A stretch of DNA of 63,573 nt, counting the filler, from Reclinomonas americana ATCC 50394 (Eukaryota), in the NCBI GenBank assembly GCA_048213135.1. It is 35 parts of 35 records of this genome, joined end to end, with 100 filler letters (N's around TTAATTAATTAA, not from the genome) between each part and the next. Parts side by side here need not be neighbours in the genome. Positions count along the whole stretch, not along the records: positions 60,622 to 62,376 come from AFZH01025237.1; positions 62,477 to 63,573 come from AFZH01025242.1; 33 more parts are not named here. One strand, written 5' to 3'. This document shows positions 60,946 to 63,573 of the stretch, one piece after another. The position numbers and the translations under genes were made by a program. Numbering within the stretch: position 1 is the stretch's first letter; each line of letters starts with the position of its first letter. A model generated the notes under the pieces. It did not search any database. It saw only the letters and a program-made list of their open reading frames with translations, and had not been told where the DNA came from.

Positions 60946-61399
60946 AGCCGCCAACACAACATGGACCAGCAGCGCCGGGATTGCATCGAGTCGCCACTTG
61001 ATGTCGCGTTTGCTCAGCAAATGTGCCGTGTTTGACAATGAGGAGGAAGAGGAAGAAGGCGAGTCGGACGACGATGCAGAGTGCTTCCAGTCGCGAATGG
61101 GGTACGAGTGGCGACCAGAGGAGCTCATTCGCGCTCCTCTTATCTCCTGACAGACGGATAGGACGGAAGAATGAGTTGTCCTGCGGAAGTGAGACCTTTG
61201 CCAAGTAAAGGTTGCCAGGAAAGAGGGCCCACAGGGTTCCAACTTGGCGAATGATGCCGTACGAGGTCAACACTGCCACTTGTCGAGCTTTCTGCTGTGC
61301 AATAGTCGGAAGAACTTGCAACTTCAGCTTCGTGCACAACGTGCTGGGGTGCATGAGATAAAACGGGCGAGAGAAGCACAACAGCTGATCCACGTCCAT
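60946..61399 (-). CDS. Hypothetical protein, first exons
   Basis: ATG at 61399, an intron near 61148-61195 and donor GTGAG near 60945 give a continuous frame; weak support. Confidence 0.3.
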
Positions 61400-61712
61400 A
61401 GTACCTCCGCCGTGTCACTACTCGGTCATCAGTTTGACGATCAGATCTCCTGTTGCCTTCCTCCCTCTCTGCTGAGGCATTAGACTCACAATCTCTCTCT
61501 ACCCCCTCCTCTCTCTCTCTATGTGTGTGTGTGTGTCTGTCTGTGTATCTGTCTGTCTGTCTGTCTGTCTGTCTGACTGTGGATCAGTCTTGTCTCCCTG
61601 TCTCGCACTCTGCATCACACATCAACGGCATCCCTCGACCCTTGACTGCTTCACAAATCTCCACGTCAACATGATCAAACAAGCAACTCATCCCGTTTGA
61701 TCGTCATTCCAT

Positions 61713-62237
61713 TCACTTGTTCGCCTCACTGACCTCTACGCACACCGGCGTCTCAAACGACTTGCCATGCATCCACTCCAGATCCTCACCGTCGTAAGTC
61801 AACGCAGGCGCAATCTCAAAAGTGTCTGTGACAGCAACAGCCAACTTAAGGGGAAGAGGATTAAAGTGCATCAGGAAGAGAAATGCAGGTTCACCTTGTC
61901 CACGCACGCTTCCACCGGCGCATTCGGCCCACCGACGATGCAGTGCGCTCAAGTGCTGGCGGCACGTGGTGGGATTGTCGGCCGGCTGGCTGTCGTTGTT
62001 CTTCAGAGGCGAGAACTCCTCCTCGCGTGACACCTCCAGGGTGAGGAACTTGGCAGGTGCGCACGACTCGAACACGTCAAAGATGAACTGCTCAAACTTG
62101 ATGCCCTGCGATGCGGCAAGTCAGCACAGTTCAGCTTCCGGAGTGCGCAAATAAGGGACGCAACATTCTCACGCGGCGGATCGACTCGGTGGCCCGACTC
62201 GTCAATGTACGGGATCTTCTTGCGCGCAATGTGGAAC
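61713..62237 (-). CDS. UAP1: UDP-N-acetylglucosamine pyrophosphorylase, last three exons
   Basis: FHIARKKIPY, N/GIKFEQFIFDVF, EVSREEEFSPLKN, EIAPALTYDGEDLE. Confidence 0.95.
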
Positions 62238-62524
62238 CTGAGGAGGAGAAGAGTGAGCGTCCACAAATCCCATCTCTGATTCAGAGCAAAAGAACAATAC
62301 TAATTTTCAAAGCAGCTAAGGGGGAAGACGGAAGGGGGAAGACGGAAAAGGGAAGAGGAAGACGGAAGGGGGAGACNNNNNNNNNNNNNNNNNNNNNNNN
62401 NNNNNNNNNNNNNNNNNNNNTTAATTAATTAANNNNNNNNNNNNNNNNNNNNNNNNNNNNNNNNNNNNNNNNNNNNCCCGTCCGAACAGCCCGACGAGAC
62501 GGATGCCGGGCAGCCGGAGAACCG

Positions 62525-63573
62525 CTAGTCGCAGGCGGTGATCCGCCAGAGGCTGGCGTCGCCCTCGCGCGCCACCTCGGTGAATCCGGGCTGTCCGTCG
62601 AACTCGGTCATCCCCGGCATCAGGTACTCACCGGGCCCCGTGCCCCCGATGCCGAAGTCGAGGACGTACTCGGGTGCCCCGTAGGCGGCGAGAGCTTCGC
62701 AGACCGCGGGGTCGTCCCCGGCATCGCGGAGACCGACCGCGAGCGTGTCCCATGCCTGTGATTGCGGCGGCGACCACGTGCGCGGGATGATGTCGCGGTC
62801 CCCGAGCACGTACGCGAAGGCGGCGCCGGTCGAGGGGTTCGCGATGATCACGGCGTCCTCGGGGATCAGATCGGGGAGCTCGCGCAGGAGCGCGTACTCG
62901 TCGGTCGAGAGGTAGCTGTCCGCGTCCATCGCGTAGCGGGACTGCTCGTCCGTCTCGGCGGCGACGCGCAGCAGGATGACCGGTGCGATGATCACGCCGA
63001 CGATGCCCGCCATGGCGATCACGGCCATCGCGATGACCGTCAGCGGAGTGCGGGCGAGCACGCTGACGTCCGACCACCGGCGGGCGACGAAGCGGACGAC
63101 CGCGGCGAGCCCGATGGCTGCGAGAGGCACCACGATCAGCGGGACGATGGCCGCGAGGCGGAACGAGTCGCCGTACCACGGCCCCGTCAGCACGCGCTTG
63201 ATCACGGGAAGGTCCGTGGCCACGCTGATCACGTAGAGCACCGAGATGCCTGCCCAGGCGACGACCAGCCAGCGCAGGCGCGGCGCGCGCACGGCGATCA
63301 CGAGGCCGACGATCAGCAGCGCGCTCATCCCCCATGCGGGCGGGAGCAGCGAGTGGCTGTTCAGGATGACATCGACCAGCGCCCCCCGGAATCCCCCGGT
63401 ACGAGCGCCAGAGCACGTGACCGGCGAGATACGCCAGCGCGAGCCAGACGACCGCGACCGCCGCCCAACCGCCGACGAGCACCACCAGCGACCGGCGACG
63501 GAAGAGCCGATCGCTCGTCCGGTAGCGGAGCAGGACCGTCCCCGTGAGCCACAGCATCACCAGCACGCCCCAG
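62525..63573 (-). CDS. Actinobacterial polytopic membrane protein (DUF6541-like), 5'-partial, frameshift at 63382-63387
   Basis: TM helices, LTGPWYGDSFRLAA, LSTDEYALL, IIANPSTGAAFAY, VCEAL...G..YVLDFG. Family name from recall. Confidence 0.75.

Noticed and set aside
1843..62432. Regularly spaced identical TTAATTAATTAA repeats resembling a CRISPR or att-site array
   Set aside because: Always embedded in N44 padding. It is a synthetic six-frame-stop linker, and there are no cas genes.

Overview
This window is not one contiguous locus. It is about 35 short contigs (mostly ~1.75-1.80 kb, roughly size-sorted) joined by artificial 100-nt spacers (N44-TTAATTAATTAA-N44), so gene order across spacers means nothing. 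About 30 contigs come from a GC-rich, microsatellite-rich microbial eukaryote with many short GT-AG introns. Recognisable partial genes include ALG1, UAP1 (split over two contigs), PSMB7/PUP1, WDR55, NEDD1, MCM3, MPP6, a GH99 endomannosidase, a Fes1/SIL1-type factor, an androglobin/calpain-like protein, a GILT-like protein, and WD40, ankyrin, TPR, NHL-cadherin and Pmp-like repeat proteins. Five contigs are bacterial. Two look alphaproteobacterial (a short tyrosine recombinase; a truncated type I HsdR) and three look Microbacterium-like (ABC transporters, IclR, DUF427, a membrane protein). The most unusual signal I found is in eukaryotic splicing. At least 12 introns supported by reading frame start with the non-consensus donor GTTGCG, always after a non-G exon base, and GTTGAGT also occurs, as if the usual GTGCG/GTGAGT donor carried an extra T. 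All calls come from reading the sequence by eye; no searches were run.
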